Shown piece by piece: positions 32,132 to 42,632 of a stretch of DNA of 64,000 nt (the first letter of the stretch is position 1; the number at the start of each line of letters is the position of its first letter). Position numbers and translations under genes: made by a program. Where the stretch lies: contig CAWAUV010000007.1 in assembly GCA_963785305.1 (NCBI GenBank), positions 96,001-160,000 on the forward strand. The letters are read 5' to 3'. The notes under the pieces were generated by a model, which saw only the letters and a list, made by a program, of their open reading frames with translations, did not search any database and was not told the DNA's origin. The DNA comes from an uncultured Planctomycetaceae bacterium (GTDB lineage: Bacteria; Planctomycetota; Planctomycetia; Pirellulales; PALSA-1355).

Positions 32132-33714
32132 TTGACGTTACTCGCCTTGCTGACCTTGATCTCCGGCGCGATGAGCGACACCGCCGTGATTTGTCCCGCG
32201 GAATTTCGTCCGGCGCTCGCTCCCTGGGTGACGCTGCGCGAGAGCGAGGGCCACGCGATCGCATTTCTCGATCCGGCCCGCGACGCGACCCAACAGCGGG
32301 CCGCGCTGCGCCGCCTGGCGAACCAATGTCCGCTGCGATATGTGCTGCTGGTGGGCGACGCCGGCGGCGCCGGACCGCTCGGCGTGCCAAGCCGCTATCT
32401 GCCGGCGGCGGTCAATGTTCGCTTCGGCTCGGAGCCCGAGATCGTGACCGACAATTATGTGGCCGATCTCGACGACGATGGCTCGCCCGACGTGGCGCTC
32501 GGCAGGCTCGCGGCCGACACCAGCGCGGAGCTGGCCACGATCGTCTCCAAGATCGTGGCCTATGAGCGCGGCAAGGACTTTGGTTCCTGGCGCCGCGAGG
32601 TGCATTTCGTGGCCGGAGGGGGCGGATTCGGCCCGGTGATCGATTCGGCGGTTGAAATGGCCGCGCGGAGCGTGATCACTTCCGGCATGCCCCCGGCCTA
32701 TCACGCGGTAATGACCCAATCGAGTTGGACGAGCCCCTATTTTCCCGATCCGCGGCAATTTCATCGGTCGGCCCTGGCGGGACTCTCCAACGGCTGCTTG
32801 TTTTGGGTGTACTTGGGCCATGGCCAGCGGCGATCGCTCGATTTGGCGCCGCCGCCCTATTTCCATCCGCCGGCGCCGATTCTCGATGTCGCCGCGGCGC
32901 GCGAAATGATGGCCGCCAAAGCCCCGGCCATCGCCTGCTTGTTCGCCTGCTATAGCGGAGCGTTCGACGGACCCGACGACTGCCTGGGCGAAGAACTGCT
33001 CAAGGCGCCGGGCGGGCCGGTGGCCGTGCTCTGCGCGTCGCGCGTCACGATGCCCTACGGCATGACGGTGCTCGGCACGGAGTTGCTCTCGCAGGCGCTC
33101 GTCAAACGGCGCGCCTCCCTCGGCGACGCGGTGCTCGAGGCAAAACGCGCGGCCCTCGATCCGGCCAACACCTCCTCGACGCGAAAATCGCTCGACATGA
33201 TGGCCACGATCCTCAGCCCCGCGCCGGTCGACCTCGCCACCGAACGCGCCGAGCATGTGGCAATGTTCAATCTGCTCGGCGACCCGCTGCTCTCGCTCAA
33301 ACATCCGCGGCCAATCACGCTGAGCGCCGCGCGGCGGGCGAAAGCAGGAGAGGAACTCGAAATTGTCGGCGATAGCCCCATCGCGGGCGCCGCGGTATTC
33401 GAGGTGGTCGTGTCGCGCGAGCGATTGCGATTCGAGCCCGAGCCGCGATCAGGCCCACCCACGTCGCTGGCCGAAGCCGATCGCTGCGGCGAGACCTATC
33501 GGGCGGCCAACGACCCGGCGCTCGTACGCGAGAAGATGTCGCTCGATGCCGGACCGTTCGTGGTGCCCCTGCGGTTGCCGGCCGAGGCCAAGGGCGCGTG
33601 TTCGTGCGCGTGTTTGTCAGCGGCGACGACGACTTCGCGATGGGGGCCGCTCCGCTCGCGATCTCGCGGTCAACAAAGCAAGAGACGCCGCCCGCCGCGA
33701 TTCATCGGCCGTAG
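32132..33714 (+). CDS. C25-family (gingipain-like) cysteine peptidase, apparent frameshift near 33600
   Basis: YVLLVGD, PDVALGRL, WVYLGHG (His), FACYSG (Cys), FNLLGDP. Confidence 0.85.
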
Positions 33715-34733
33715 CTCATGATGTTGCTCGTGAGCCGCGAGTCGTCGGCCAACGGACGACGCGCCGTGAGCTTCGCCTTGCCCAAGGCGCCATGATAGGA
33801 GCGCACCGCCTCTTCCGGCGAAAGCTGCCCCTGGGCCACGTGTCGCAAGTGCTCGATGAACGTCAACTGGCATTCGGCGTTGTTGATCTTGCGGCCGAAG
33901 AGCGCGGCTCGGGCGCCGTATTTCTTGGCTTCCGCCAGCAGCTTGAAAGCGTCGTAGGTCGTGCCGGCCGATCCGCCTAGAATGCCCACCACCAAATGCG
34001 GATCGTAGGCGACTAGCTCTTCCATTGCCCCGGGGCCATGATACACGGTCTTCAAGAAAATCGGCCGCCCCGCCGCCGCGACTCCGGCCAGAAGGCGGGC
34101 AATGCTGTCGTTGACGAATGCCGCGATTTGTTCCCCGCTCATTTCGCGAGCCGCGTTCGGATCGAAAACCTCCAAGAAATGGCGGAAGCCTTTTCGTTCG
34201 GCCTCTTCGCGAAAGCGGGCATAGGCTTCGAGCGTGGCCAGGTCTTCGTCGAGCCGGTTGTTGAGCGTGATGCTGTAGAGCCCCAGATCGGCGCCGCGCT
34301 TTCGCTCCTCGGGCGAACAATCGACCCGGCCGCCTTGGATATGATCGATCAGCGCCGAGCGAAACGGTCGCGAGGGCTGGCTGATATAGGCATTGTGCCG
34401 CACGGCGAAGATATCGCTCGTGTCGTTGGCGCGGGCCGCGGGCGTGACCGGGCTGCCGTCGAACAGTCGCTCGCGAAAGGCGAGCGCGTCGCTGCCGCTG
34501 GCCGACATGAGCATGATGTCGACCAGCCCGCGCCGCACGATCTCGCGCATTTGATCGCGAAACTCCTCGAGGCTGCGCAAGCGGGGCGGGCCACCGGCTT
34601 CGGCCCGCGCAAAGCCCGTGGCCCCGACTCCAAACGCCATGTCGGCGTCCTTGGCGTCGGCGAGAATAAAGTCGGTGGCCGAGGCGGGCGCGGCATGAAT
34701 CGCGGCCAATTTGCGATCAAGCGATTTTTCCAT
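33702..34733 (-). CDS. Conserved TIM-barrel aldolase-like protein
   Basis: DFILADAKDADMAFG, VDIMLMSAS, HFLEVFDPN, VGILGGSAGTTYD, ALFGRKIN. Confidence 0.7.
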   Translation of the reverse strand: MEKSLDRKLAAIHAAPASATDFILADAKDADMAFGVGATGFARAEAGGPPRLRSLEEFRDQMREIVRRGLVDIMLMSASGSDALAFRERLFDGSPVTPAARANDTSDIFAVRHNAYISQPSRPFRSALIDHIQGGRVDCSPEERKRGADLGLYSITLNNRLDEDLATLEAYARFREEAERKGFRHFLEVFDPNAAREMSGEQIAAFVNDSIARLLAGVAAAGRPIFLKTVYHGPGAMEELVAYDPHLVVGILGGSAGTTYDAFKLLAEAKKYGARAALFGRKINNAECQLTFIEHLRHVAQGQLSPEEAVRSYHGALGKAKLTARRPLADDSRLTSNIMSYGR

Positions 34734-35047
34734 GCGCCTGATTGTCCGCGCCCCGAACCGCTTTGCAATGCCCCCGCGCCCGGCCCCGCGTAATCCAACT
34801 CCTCCCCCCTCTCCCCACGGGAGAGAGCAGGGCGAGGGGCGCCGCAGATTGCGAGCACGCCGCGTGAGGGCTAACCGAAGTTCGCCACGATCCTCCTTGG
34901 GTCCTCACAGATCATTCGTGAAGCTTTTGCGATGCTCGCGGCCTTGGTAACCTATTTTGGTGTTGGATGGCTGCGCTGCAAACGGTCTATAAGAAATTCG
35001 CATTTTCGGAACGTCCAGCCAATGAAACAGAGGAATTCGTTTCAATA

Positions 35048-35664
35048 ATGAATAACACATCCATTGTCTATGTGCTCTCGAACCCAGCGATGCCGAATCT
35101 TATAAAGATCGGTCGAACAAACGAGGTGGACGCAAGCACTCGGATCGCTCAGCTCTATTCGACGGGGGTGCCGGTACCGTTCAAACTCGAATTTGCATGC
35201 AGGGTAAGCAACGCCGATGAAGTGGAAAGGGCACTACACGCGGCGTTCGCTCCCAGCCGGATTAATCCGCGCGAGAATTCTTTCGAGTCGAACCAGACCA
35301 GGTGATTGCGATCTTGCGGCTACTTCACACCGACGATGCGACGGTAGCGGTCGCAGCGCAGCCAACCGATGTCGACGAACAGTCGCTCGCCGCCGCCGAG
35401 CAGCTTCGAAAACGCCGGCCGAATCTCAATTTCGAAGAGATGGGAATTCCGATTGGAGCGCAATTGAGGTTTTCGGATACGGGCGTGACAGCGACGGTCA
35501 TAAGCGCGAAGAAAGTGCGGCTCGGCGACGAGGACGTGTCGCTTACTGCCGCGACGCGGCAGCTTTTACAGCTCGATTACAATGTGCAACCCGGTCCGCA
35601 TTGGATCTATAACGGAAGAACGATCCACGAGATATATGAAGAGACTTACAGCGAGCCTGAATAG
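35048..35664 (+). CDS. GIY-YIG/T5orf172-domain protein, apparent frameshift near 35275
   Basis: VYVLSNPAMPNLIKIGRT...TGVPVPF...ERALHAAF; C-terminal KRRPNLNFEEMGIPIG in the next ORF. Confidence 0.8.
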
Positions 35665-36034
35665 GGATTCTTGTGACGCGAAATGCGGCGGCAAGCGAAC
35701 CGACGCCGGCATCGAACAGACCGAAAGAGCGACCCCGCACAGACAAACATCGCGGCCATCAAGGGGCCAACCGGCGTCAGGCCGCCGACTTAAACGAGTG
35801 TCACCAAGCGCGGCGGCATCGCCTTCCCGAAGGAATCAATTCGCAGGAAGTCCAATCGGTCGAATAGGGCTTCAGTGCATTTCTGAATCGCTCGCTAGCG
35901 AATCGCTTCGTTACTTTCAAACCGACATCATACTGGGTAGGCCGCGAGCTTGCGACGTGCCTCGTTGCGAGGTCTAATTCCAGCTAATGCCTTGAAACCC
36001 GCGATTCAGCCGACGCGTCCCATACGCTTCCCAA

Positions 36035-36961
36035 ATGCAAAAACTGAAGCCTGATCCGATCACCTCCGCCGACATTCGTGAATTCGTCCAGGGGGCATCT
36101 GACTTTGCCTTCGAGATACGCACGCTCAAGGTACTTTCATCGCTCGGGCTCGACTGCGATCACCGGGGTACTTACGACGACCCCGTTACAAAAAAGCCGA
36201 GACAATTCGATATTCGAGCGACGGGAACAAATCGAGGCTGTTTGATTCGCCTCGCGGTTGAATGCAAAAACCTTCAGCCCACGGCTCCGCTTCTCGTATC
36301 GTGTCTGCCCCGGACTCTCGACGAAAGTTTCCACGAAGTCATTATTTCCGTCCATGGCGAAAAGTATTCGCTGATCTCTCAACGCGAGCAACTGAGTGAA
36401 TACTCGCTTTCTTCGGAGCCTTCCGCCAAAAACGTTCGACTTACACGATACGACAGCATTTATAAGGTAGGAGAGCCCGTCGGCAAATGCTGCGATCAGG
36501 TACGCCGCGATGCTCATACTCAACTTGTTTCAAACGACGCCGATGTCTACGAAAAATGGTCGCAGGCGGTTGCATCAGCACAGGACTTGGTCGAACGGTC
36601 GTGCGGCGACGCGGCGCGATTGCAACGGCCGGCACAGTTCGCCTTCGTTCTTCCCGTTCTAGTCGTGCCCAACGGGACGCTGTGGGAGACGCTTTACGGC
36701 GATGACGGGAATTGCACCAGTACGCCCGCACTGACTGACCGATGTTCATTTTTTATCAACAAGTTCTATTTTGCACACCATAGTGTTCACGGCACCGGAT
36801 ACAAAGTTTCCCACCTGGAATTCGTCACGACTAGTGGACTGGAAACACTTGTCCGTTGCCTCTTGAAAAACAGCGAGTTGGTGGTTTTTCCGATGCAGTC
36901 GATCCTGGACAAATACGAACGCTATGTGTTGACCGGAATCGAGAACGACGGGGCAATGTGA
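36035..36961 (+). CDS. Putative PD-(D/E)XK restriction-endonuclease-fold protein
   Basis: SDFAFE...YDDPVTKKPRQFDIRA...LAVECK motif. Confidence 0.65.
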   Translation: MQKLKPDPITSADIREFVQGASDFAFEIRTLKVLSSLGLDCDHRGTYDDPVTKKPRQFDIRATGTNRGCLIRLAVECKNLQPTAPLLVSCLPRTLDESFHEVIISVHGEKYSLISQREQLSEYSLSSEPSAKNVRLTRYDSIYKVGEPVGKCCDQVRRDAHTQLVSNDADVYEKWSQAVASAQDLVERSCGDAARLQRPAQFAFVLPVLVVPNGTLWETLYGDDGNCTSTPALTDRCSFFINKFYFAHHSVHGTGYKVSHLEFVTTSGLETLVRCLLKNSELVVFPMQSILDKYERYVLTGIENDGAM

Positions 36962-37439
36962 GCTCATCAAGCCGCCCTTTTCCCTGGATTTTCAACGCCT
37001 TGCTCGCCGCAGCCGGATTCTATCGATGGATCGAAGATCGCTACCAACCGTTTTACGTCGAGAATCCAGATTGAGAAGCTCGGCACGCCGTCGCATCGCG
37101 CCGGGCATCATTCAGCCTTCCGAATCCGCGTCACTTCGACCAGAAGCGGAAGAAGAACCTATCGAACGACGAGTGGGTGTCCTCGACCGATCCCGACGCG
37201 CGCATCGCCGTCGTCTTCGTCGGGTTGAATTCCGGAGATGGGAGGCGGAGGAAGTGACCGATCAGCGGTTGCGCCGCAATGTTTCAGTCGGTGGGCGGAG
37301 CGTGGTTTTCCCACGAAAGAGCCGCGGGCCCGGAGCCATTCACAATCCCGCGGAATTGCCTCCGCCGGGAACCAGGGCGTCTCCGCGTTTGACCAGGATG
37401 CGGAAAATCCTTTTTCCGTGCGTCGTCGCGGGATAACAG

Positions 37440-37486
37440 CGAGGGTGGGGGGACTCGAACCCCTGACCTCTAGCGTGACAGACCAT
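37440..37486 (-). pseudogene. 3' half of tRNA-Asp(GTC); probable attachment site of an integrated element
   Basis: Minus strand TGGT-CTGTCAC-GCTAG-AGGTC-AGGGG-TTCGAGT-CCCCC-CACCCTC-G gives anticodon loop, T-arm, acceptor 3' strand and G discriminator; no D-arm or 5' half. Confidence 0.85.
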
Positions 37487-37733
37487 CAAAAAAACTGCCG
37501 AAATCGCCTAAAATCTCGAAGATTCGAGTACTTTATCACAAACACGGCATATTGCAAGCAATTGCGAAAAACCCCGAGAGTTTTGCCCTATTTCGGTAGT
37601 AGGCGGCGCGCAAGGCGGTAGTTGACGCTTCAGGAGTGCTGTAGCAGTTGGTTAGTGAATGGCACTAAGAAATGGGGCACCCCCGGGAATCGCGATTTGG
37701 GGCGGTCGCTTCTTGCGCACGTTGCCACGTTCG

Positions 37734-38198
37734 CTAATCAGGCTGCTCTTCAAGGAAGCCAATCCAATCAGCGATGACGATGCGTTGAAGTAAGATATTG
37801 TAGCCGACATCTATCCCCGCAATCACCGAAACTGCTACGCACACAGCTGCCGCCCAGTTGCAGTTGAAGAGACCGATCGTTAGCTGAAGGACAGCCGCAA
37901 CAAACGTAAGGACGACCGCCCAAAAAATTGTGCCGTTCAATCTCTTGAGCTGGCCATATCGCGAGAGAGACGGCTTCAATTCTTTCAGTTTCTTGACTCT
38001 AGCGCCGTAACTCGGTGTGCCGTAAACATCCTTTTGCAGCGTTACGAGCAAGAATGTCTTGACCGAGAAAAGAAACGCGCAGAGCGTTAAGAAGCCGGCG
38101 AACAAATTGGGCCGCAACGCTTCGGCATAAAAGGACGCGAAACTGTCCTTTCCGCCAGCGAGAGCCCACGCCACAGAGTCCGCAATCCATTGGCTCAT
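37734..38198 (-). CDS. Hypothetical membrane protein (about 3 TM)
   Basis: 154 aa; LFAGFLTLCAFLFSVKTFLLV, IFWAVVLTFVAAVLQLTIGL, WAAAVCVAVSVIAG; 15 bp downstream of its partner gene. Confidence 0.8.
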   Translation of the reverse strand: MSQWIADSVAWALAGGKDSFASFYAEALRPNLFAGFLTLCAFLFSVKTFLLVTLQKDVYGTPSYGARVKKLKELKPSLSRYGQLKRLNGTIFWAVVLTFVAAVLQLTIGLFNCNWAAAVCVAVSVIAGIDVGYNILLQRIVIADWIGFLEEQPD

Positions 38199-38213
38199 GG
38201 CGGCGTTCGACGA

Positions 38214-39170
38214 TCAGTTGGTTATGGGAGTCTCGAAAATTGCCGGATGGCTCTTCGCGACGGCGATCATTGTTCCAATTATCGGCAAATTTGCGATATC
38301 CTCAAGTAGCAAATTCTCGGCCACAACGATCTCATTGTAGCCGTACGCACCGAACGAATCCACCTCGGGTGAGATACTTATCGGAGGCAAGTCCATGCCA
38401 GAGCTGTTTTTGCCTCGCGCTGTTGCCGACCTGACGTTTCGGCCGAGAAGCTTTTCTTTAATGAATTTGATGATATTGGTCCGGGATGAGTTCTTTCGTG
38501 GACCGCCTTTCTTCCTCGGAGCGACATCGAATTTGAGCACGCGATGATCGAGTCGCATCTGGTCCTTAACTAAAACGTACTTCGGGTCGGCGACGTTAGG
38601 TTCGTCATACGACAGTTCCGTAATGACATCGAGACTCTGGAGAAGTTTCTCGAATGTCCCTTTTCGGTAGATGGGGATGAATGCGAGCTTTCCGGCCGCG
38701 AACTTCGAGAAAATCGCGCTCTTAGTAATCGGGGGATTCGATCCCTTCATCACGACGACCATCGCATCACGCGCTCGCCGCTTACTTTGCATATAACGAT
38801 TGCGCAGCACTCGGCAAAACGAAATGACCGATCCCGCTCCGGAATACCGTGAAACGAGTCCTGCGCCCGTTGCGGAATTTACGACGAAAAAATTAAGCGA
38901 CTGCTTTTCGCCCTCCGCAGATGAATCATGGACCGTGAATACCAGACGACCCTGCGAATCTCGGGATAGAAGCGGGTCCTTGTTTTGTTGCGTGGCGGTC
39001 GAGAGCAGCCCCACCAAGTAGCCATCTCGCAAGCCTACCGCAATGGCACGGTCACAACTGCCATACCGAAACTCATCGATCGCCGCAGAATCCGCCGCAA
39101 ATTTCGCTAGCTCATAATCGTGGCAGATATCGGAAAGAAGAAACCCGTTTAAGTGAACGCGAACCGCCAT
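38214..39170 (-). CDS. Hypothetical soluble basic protein, paired with the membrane gene
   Basis: About 318 aa open frame, lower GC, no recognisable catalytic motif. Confidence 0.75.
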   Translation of the reverse strand: MAVRVHLNGFLLSDICHDYELAKFAADSAAIDEFRYGSCDRAIAVGLRDGYLVGLLSTATQQNKDPLLSRDSQGRLVFTVHDSSAEGEKQSLNFFVVNSATGAGLVSRYSGAGSVISFCRVLRNRYMQSKRRARDAMVVVMKGSNPPITKSAIFSKFAAGKLAFIPIYRKGTFEKLLQSLDVITELSYDEPNVADPKYVLVKDQMRLDHRVLKFDVAPRKKGGPRKNSSRTNIIKFIKEKLLGRNVRSATARGKNSSGMDLPPISISPEVDSFGAYGYNEIVVAENLLLEDIANLPIIGTMIAVAKSHPAIFETPITN

Positions 39171-39465
39171 TTCCGCCCCCACTCCGACAGGCCTCGAAAC
39201 ACCTTATGTCGCGAGCCAACAATCTAGCAGCCGAAGTTGCCCGAGCAAGTAAGCGGAATGAGATTTTGCCTATTTTTTGGCGGTGGCGCCCTTTCGGTGC
39301 TGCCCGTCTTTGCCCGCCATTCGGGCGCGGCACTGGTTGGCGGCAGGCATCAGGATAATCCCCAGTTTTGGATATAAATGGCGGCAAGCATTCCTCCGGC
39401 ATAATGCTCCACCCAGCAGTGGGGATTTTCAAAACTGTCAAGATTTGTATATTGTGGCCTGTTAG

Positions 39466-39488
39466 CTGACATTGCTCAATGATGTCAG
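39466..39488. promoter_or_regulatory. Palindrome CTGACAT-N9-ATGTCAG, candidate operator in a divergent promoter region
   Basis: Lies between a TATATT -10-like hexamer (~39448) and the GGAGG RBS of the 39513 gene. Confidence 0.4.
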
Positions 39489-39512
39489 TTTTCGTTTTCC
39501 AGGGAGGTTGTG

Positions 39513-40175
39513 ATGGATCGCCACGAAATCTTTCGGCGGGACGCTCCGGCCGAATATCTGCGTAAATGCTTGATGGGCCTATTTGAGAACTATTTGTCTG
39601 CCGCCGAATGGTGCGGCGACAGATTTGAACCATCGGAGGCGTTCAACGTGCTGCCGTTCTATCGTCGTGGCATGATCGAGGGCAGCTTGCGGGAGGCAGC
39701 TTACGGCGTGGAGGGAATGAAAACTTCGGTCGAGCGAGATGGGTTTTGGAATCATACCGTGGTGTCGTTTGGCGATTGCATCATGACGCAAGCGACCGCC
39801 AAGTGCCCGGATGACCTCGTACGATGCTCGCTAGCGCGACAAGCTTACTCCGAGCCGGATAACCAGAAGTATTTGAACGCTTCTTTCCAGCCCGCCACCG
39901 AGTCACGCCGCGGATTTGTTTACGGATTGCTGATACACGGACGTGATCCGCGCGAACGATTCTTCCCTGCCTTTGCCCAGATTGTTTTCCCCAATCGTAA
40001 TTTGGAGAGCTATTTCTCCCGACGAATCGACCTATTCAAAGAGTTCCCGGAAGTGGTTCGGCAATGCACGAGCGGCATATTTGAAGAACGACACGAGAGC
40101 CTTAAGCAGCAATTTGAATTGATCGAGATGCCGGAACCCGAGCTGCGTGATGACTTGGGGGAGTCGTTTGCATGA
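39513..40175 (+). CDS. Putative toxin of a RosmerTA-like pair (RmrT-like)
   Basis: 220 aa; stop overlaps the start of an HTH-peptidase gene (ATGA); C-terminal YGLLIHG...FAQIVFP pattern. Confidence 0.6.
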   Translation: MDRHEIFRRDAPAEYLRKCLMGLFENYLSAAEWCGDRFEPSEAFNVLPFYRRGMIEGSLREAAYGVEGMKTSVERDGFWNHTVVSFGDCIMTQATAKCPDDLVRCSLARQAYSEPDNQKYLNASFQPATESRRGFVYGLLIHGRDPRERFFPAFAQIVFPNRNLESYFSRRIDLFKEFPEVVRQCTSGIFEERHESLKQQFELIEMPEPELRDDLGESFA

Positions 40176-41374
40176 GAGTTGGCACGCCAAGTTTCGTCGG
40201 AAGTAGACTTAAAGAAGCCCGCGAAGCGCGTGGCCTGACTTGTCAGGCGCTTGCAGATTCGCTGGGAGTCACACGGTCATCGGTTTCAAATTACGAAAAC
40301 GGACTTCAGACGCCCTCGCCTGATGTTTTGCAGCAATTAAGCTGCGCGCTTAATGTTCCCTCGCGTTTTTTTATGCGGCAGGTAGCTCCGAGGGACAGGG
40401 CAGCCCAATTTTTTCGCAGCTTTCATTCGGCAACAAAACAATCGCGGCTCATTGCGTCGAGAAAATATGAATGGTTCCGGGATATCGCGGCGTTTGTTCA
40501 TCAGTTCGTCAAGTTTCCAGAGGTGGACTTGCCAAACTTATGCGCCGAGTTAGGACACGACAAACTGTCCGATCATGATGTAGATGACCTAGCGGGAAGG
40601 CTACGCGACCATTGGGAGCTTGGCGACCGTCCGATCAGCAACGTGATCTGGTTGCTTGAAAACAAAGGCGTCGTTTGCTCTCGCTTCGCGTTTGGCTGCA
40701 TGTCACTTGACGCATTCTCCGAGTGGAGGGGCTTGAGACCATACATCGCCCTGTCATCAGACAAAAGCTGCTGCGCACGGTCGCGATTCGATGCCGCGCA
40801 CGAGTTGGCGCACCTCGCGCTTCACCGATCAATTCTCCCAGAACAATTGCAATCATACAGTCGTTTCTCGCTCATCGAGCGACAGGCGGATATGTTCGCG
40901 TCGTCCTTTTTGTTACCAGCCTCATCGTTCGCAAATGACTTTTCTCCCGCACTCGATGCGTTGCGGGACCTTAAGAGGAAATGGCATGTCTCGATTGGCG
41001 CAATGGTTCGGCGTGGTCGGCAGCTCAACCTAATCACAGACACGCAAGAGCGGAACTTGTGGAGGCAAATCGGACGGCGCAAATGGAGGACGCGCGAGCC
41101 GCTTGACGATGTGCTGCCGGTGGAAGAGCCAGAATTTGTCCGTCGGAGTATCTTGCTTCTCGAAAAGCGTGGCTTATCGTCAGTTCATGATATTGCATTC
41201 CATCTCGGGCTTTCCGAGGGCGAGGTCGCCGATTTAGCAGGAATCAATATCGTTCGGATGGATCAACAGTTGTCTCCAGACGACCAACCAGCGCGGCATG
41301 AAAGCCGACGCGAGCATCCAATTACCATCCCGTTTTCAACCTCCAGAGCTATTCGCGATAGCGGAGGGTGCTGA
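40172..41374 (+). CDS. XRE HTH + ImmA/IrrE (M78) metallopeptidase fusion (RmrA-like)
   Basis: RLKEAREARGLT...VSNYENG HTH; RSRFDAAHELAH (HExxH); ERQADMFASSFLLP. Confidence 0.88.
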   Translation: MRVGTPSFVGSRLKEAREARGLTCQALADSLGVTRSSVSNYENGLQTPSPDVLQQLSCALNVPSRFFMRQVAPRDRAAQFFRSFHSATKQSRLIASRKYEWFRDIAAFVHQFVKFPEVDLPNLCAELGHDKLSDHDVDDLAGRLRDHWELGDRPISNVIWLLENKGVVCSRFAFGCMSLDAFSEWRGLRPYIALSSDKSCCARSRFDAAHELAHLALHRSILPEQLQSYSRFSLIERQADMFASSFLLPASSFANDFSPALDALRDLKRKWHVSIGAMVRRGRQLNLITDTQERNLWRQIGRRKWRTREPLDDVLPVEEPEFVRRSILLLEKRGLSSVHDIAFHLGLSEGEVADLAGINIVRMDQQLSPDDQPARHESRREHPITIPFSTSRAIRDSGGC

Positions 41375-41724
41375 ACTATCAGCGAAGAGATAACAAAAAC
41401 GGAAAGCGCCATGGCTGGCGCTTTCCGTTAGATGGGCCCGCCAGGCTATGCCGCTCGCCGTCGAGCGGCCCACTGTCGCACACCAGTGACGAGGATCGGG
41501 CACAGAGTCGGCTGGTGTCATTCCGGCGATTATGGTCGTGCAAATTCGACCGCCGCAAGATCCGTCCACCAGAATCGCGTCCGCCGCCCTCGGATGGCAC
41601 GCATGCCCAAGCCTTCAATGGCTCCGCTCAGCAATGCGGGTGTCATTGGGCGCTTGAAAAGGGACCACCTATGGGCGCTTCCGGGGCGGTCAGTGGATGT
41701 GACGGTTGATAATCGTTAAAGTCG

Positions 41725-42585
41725 TCATGTTTCGCAAGAGACCGCGTCCGTGGAGACGTTCGCGGTGGCCTCCGCGCCGGTCGATTTGGCGGGTTGTTTT
41801 GCTCGGGAGCCGGTGGGCGCTTTGGCCCCTTTTGCGGTCTCATCCACGGCCGCCGCGGCAGCCTGGCCGCGCAGGCGATAACTCTTGCCGGCGAACGAAA
41901 GCACTTCCGCGTGGTGCAAGAAACGATCGAGTATCGCCGTGGCGCTGGGCACGTCGCCGATCAATTTGCCCCAATCCTCCAGCGGCCGGTTGCTGGTCAT
42001 CACGGTGCTGCGCGTTTCGTAACGCCGCATGATGATCTCGAACAGAATTTCTCCGCTGCGGCGCGGCAGATTCTTCATCCCCATGTCGTCGACGATCAAC
42101 AAGTCGGGCTTCAGATATTTCGCCAGCGTCTTGTCATCGTCTCCCAAGGCGTCTTCATGCAGAAAGTCGCGCACCACGTCGAAGATCGACCGGTACAAGA
42201 CGACGAAGCCCTGCTTGATGGCATGATAGCCGATGGCTTGCACGACAAAGCTCTTGCCCGTGCCCGGCGGGCCGAGCAGCAGCGCGTCGCGGCGATCGCG
42301 CACGAACCGGCAAGTGGCCAGGTCGAAGACTTGCTTCTTGGGCAGCCCGGGGTTGAACGACCAGTCGAACTGATCGAGTGGTTTCATCTCGCGAAAGGCC
42401 GCTGCTTTCACGCGGCGGTTGATCTGCCGCTCGTCGCGCACCAGCAGTTCGTCCTGCAAGATGAGTTCCAGGAACTCGGCGTGCGTGAGTTGATGGCCGG
42501 CGGCTTCTTGCAGTCGCACGTCCAGCGTTTGGGCCAGGCCCGAAAGCCGCAGTTGTCGGAGCGTGGTCTGAAGTCGATCATGCAT
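41725..42585 (-). CDS. istB: IS21 helper ATPase IstB
   Basis: GPPGTGKS Walker A, LLIVDDMG, TSNRP, AILDRFLHH. Confidence 0.95.
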   Translation of the reverse strand: MHDRLQTTLRQLRLSGLAQTLDVRLQEAAGHQLTHAEFLELILQDELLVRDERQINRRVKAAAFREMKPLDQFDWSFNPGLPKKQVFDLATCRFVRDRRDALLLGPPGTGKSFVVQAIGYHAIKQGFVVLYRSIFDVVRDFLHEDALGDDDKTLAKYLKPDLLIVDDMGMKNLPRRSGEILFEIIMRRYETRSTVMTSNRPLEDWGKLIGDVPSATAILDRFLHHAEVLSFAGKSYRLRGQAAAAAVDETAKGAKAPTGSRAKQPAKSTGAEATANVSTDAVSCET

Positions 42586-42632
42586 GGTCAATCTCCCAAG
42601 GAAACGAAACTGGTGAAACGGAAACAGGGTAA

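Noticed and set aside
438..35664. Mass pseudogenisation of the frameshifted genes
   Set aside because: Breaks are single-base shifts without accumulated stops and hit housekeeping genes; sequencing error is more likely, so they are listed as CDS.
37440..37515. Intact tRNA-Asp gene
   Set aside because: D-arm and 5' acceptor strand are absent and the T-stem has a mismatch; only the 3' half is present.
37590..37650. Short CGGTAGT repeats as integrase arm-binding sites
   Set aside because: Only two clear 7-bp copies; cannot be told from chance without the other att end.
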